From: an uncultured Gammaproteobacteria bacterium
GTDB taxonomy: Bacteria > Patescibacteriota > Microgenomatia > Daviesbacterales > UBA10151
Direction of reading: 5' to 3'
DNA: 5,602 bases
Assembly (NCBI GenBank): GCA_964522265.1
Contig: CAZFVS010000059.1
Coordinates: 947 to 6,548, forward strand
The translations under genes were made by a program, and so were the position numbers. Below the pieces are notes generated by a model. The model saw nothing but the letters and a program-made list of their open reading frames with translations, was not told the DNA's origin and did not search any database. Below are positions 4,373 to 5,602 of this stretch, piece by piece; position 1 is the stretch's first letter; each line of letters begins with the position of its first letter.

Positions 4373-5602
4373 AATTCTGGTACAGGATTATAATTATTTT
4401 TTCACTACTGCTTTTTACTCAAATCCTGGCGCCCTTTTTGAAAGAAGGGATGTTTTTGGGCCATGACAGCCAGCTGCATTCCATCTACCTTAGGAAATTC
4501 GAGGAGGCTTTGAAGGCAGGACAATTTCCCGTTCGCTGGATTGACTGGTTTGTTCCCGGGTTTAACCAACCGCTTTTTAATTTTTACCAGCCGGGCATTT
4601 ATTACCTATATCAAATCCCCAGGCTGTTGGGTTTGGATTATATCCCCTCACTTAATATTTCAGCAGTATTCTTGTGGCTGATTTCGGCGGTGTTGATGTT
4701 TTTATTTGTCAAAAGACACTTCGGTACCTTGTCAGGGATACTGGCAGCATATTTTTATTTAATTGCCCCATACCATGTATTGGACATCTTTGTCAGGTCG
4801 GCTCTTCCGGAATTTACAGCCTTGGCATTTGTCCCGGGAATTTTTTGGGGTATCAAAGCATACTATGACAGCGCCCGCGGGTTTTATCTGTCACTGGCAT
4901 CCTTATTTATAGCTCTTACAACCCTTTCCCACCCTCCGACAATAATTATGTTCTTCCCGCTGGTTTTTGCCTATATTGTCTATTTATACTTTTTGAAACG
5001 GTCACTGAAATCCATAATACCTATTTTGTTTTCGGTACTGGTGGGTTTTGGGCTAATCTCCTTCTTTTTAATACCGGCTTATTTTGAACAGGAGTATATC
5101 CAGGTTTTATATATGCGTTCAGGATACTATGATTTCCACCACCATTTTGTCTGCCTGCAGCAGCTTTTTATCCCATACTGGAACTATGGTACTTCACAAA
5201 CCGGCTGCGCAGATAAAATCTCCTTCCAACTGGGAGTAGTCCACTGGTTGGCTGTTTTAGCACTCATTTTGATTTTATCGTCAAAATTCTGGGCTAAAAA
5301 AAAGCTTATCTTTGTCACTAAGGAATATGTGCTTTTATCCATTTTCCTGGCTGCTTTATTTATAACAGTTTACATCATGCTGCCTATCTCCCAACCTATC
5401 TGGGAAACACTGCCTTACATCCCTTATATCCAATACTCCTGGAGGTTTTTGGCAGTAGCAACGTTTACTTCATCATTTATCGCAGGCAGCATCATAGTTT
5501 TTCTGAAAAACGATCTGCACAAACTCATTGTCTTTTCTGTTTTGATGGTCACCGCAACCTTTGCCTATAACGGCTATTTAAAACCAGCCGCATCCGGCAA
5601 TG
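4369..5602 (+). CDS. Polytopic GT-C-like membrane protein resembling the PTPS-related (6-pyruvoyl-tetrahydropterin-synthase-related) membrane protein family; partial, 3' end beyond the right window edge
   Basis: Manual translation from ATG 4369-4371 is open for 411 codons to the window end: MKFWYRIIIIFSLLLFTQILAPFLKEGMFLGHDSQLHSIYLRKFEEALKAGQFPVRWIDWFVPGFNQPLFNFYQPGIYYLYQIPRLLGLDYIPSLNISAVFLWLISAVLMFLFVKRHFG... An N-terminal TM helix is followed by the GHD...H...R......G..P.RW......G.g.PlFnFY.P motif I associate with that family, then many further TM helices. The ATG overlaps the upstream stop (ATGA). It is absent from the ORF track because it has no stop in the window. Confidence 0.8.
   Translation, partial: MKFWYRIIIIFSLLLFTQILAPFLKEGMFLGHDSQLHSIYLRKFEEALKAGQFPVRWIDWFVPGFNQPLFNFYQPGIYYLYQIPRLLGLDYIPSLNISAVFLWLISAVLMFLFVKRHFGTLSGILAAYFYLIAPYHVLDIFVRSALPEFTALAFVPGIFWGIKAYYDSARGFYLSLASLFIALTTLSHPPTIIMFFPLVFAYIVYLYFLKRSLKSIIPILFSVLVGFGLISFFLIPAYFEQEYIQVLYMRSGYYDFHHHFVCLQQLFIPYWNYGTSQTGCADKISFQLGVVHWLAVLALILILSSKFWAKKKLIFVTKEYVLLSIFLAALFITVYIMLPISQPIWETLPYIPYIQYSWRFLAVATFTSSFIAGSIIVFLKNDLHKLIVFSVLMVTATFAYNGYLKPAASGN

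Noticed and set aside
4674-4868. 64-aa plus-strand ORF
   Set aside because: It is out of frame inside the manually translated second GT-C gene, which is open for 411 codons and shows a family motif. The short ORF is Cys/Gly-rich with no features.
5296-5303. A8 homopolymer inside the second GT-C gene as a possible phase-variation tract
   Set aside because: It simply encodes a Lys run (AKKK) in a cytoplasmic-loop-like position of an AT-rich genome. Similar A/T runs of 6-7 nt occur throughout the window, and there is no evidence of length variation from a single sequence.
1-5602. Scan for CRISPR repeats, tRNA/rRNA genes, IS or transposase ends, integrase genes and long inverted repeats
   Set aside because: None were found by eye. 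Apart from the 16-bp tandem repeat at 648-680 and the short hexamer pairs at 1657-1734, there are no regularly spaced repeats, no cloverleaf-capable GC-rich segments in the short intergenic regions, and no recombinase-like ORFs.

Overview
AT-rich prokaryotic window (composition judged by eye, not computed). It uses the standard genetic code, since both TGA and TAA act as stops. I can support five protein-coding genes; two run off the window edges and are therefore absent from the supplied ORF track. On the minus strand, in transcription order: (a) a 302-aa membrane-anchored protein with an Ig-like domain, a charged linker and a C-terminal beta-sandwich-like domain (1627->719); (b) an AbrB/SpoVT-fold antitoxin (651 or 690->352); (c) a PIN-domain VapC-like toxin (349-><1, found by manual translation). 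On the plus strand, divergent from the 302-aa gene: (d) an 871-aa polytopic membrane protein whose N-terminus looks like the DUF2723/TMEM260-like GT-C glycosyltransferase family, followed by three TPR repeats and an unassigned ~135-aa C-terminal domain (1757..4372); (e) a second GT-C-like polytopic membrane protein resembling the PTPS-related membrane protein family (4369->5602, partial), overlapping the previous stop in an ATGA. Points worth a second look: an apparent 1-nt frameshift in the PIN toxin at a homopolymer; a 16-bp tandem direct repeat over a near-consensus promoter and the likely leaderless antitoxin start; and a speculative envelope protein-glycosylation module, with the Ig-like anchored protein as a candidate substrate of the two coupled GT-C enzymes. 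No tRNA, rRNA, CRISPR array or transposase-like sequence was seen. All family assignments come from motif recognition by eye and need HMM or structure searches. Taxonomy is unresolved: a Patescibacteria/CPR-like bacterium or a DPANN-like archaeon would both fit this gene content.
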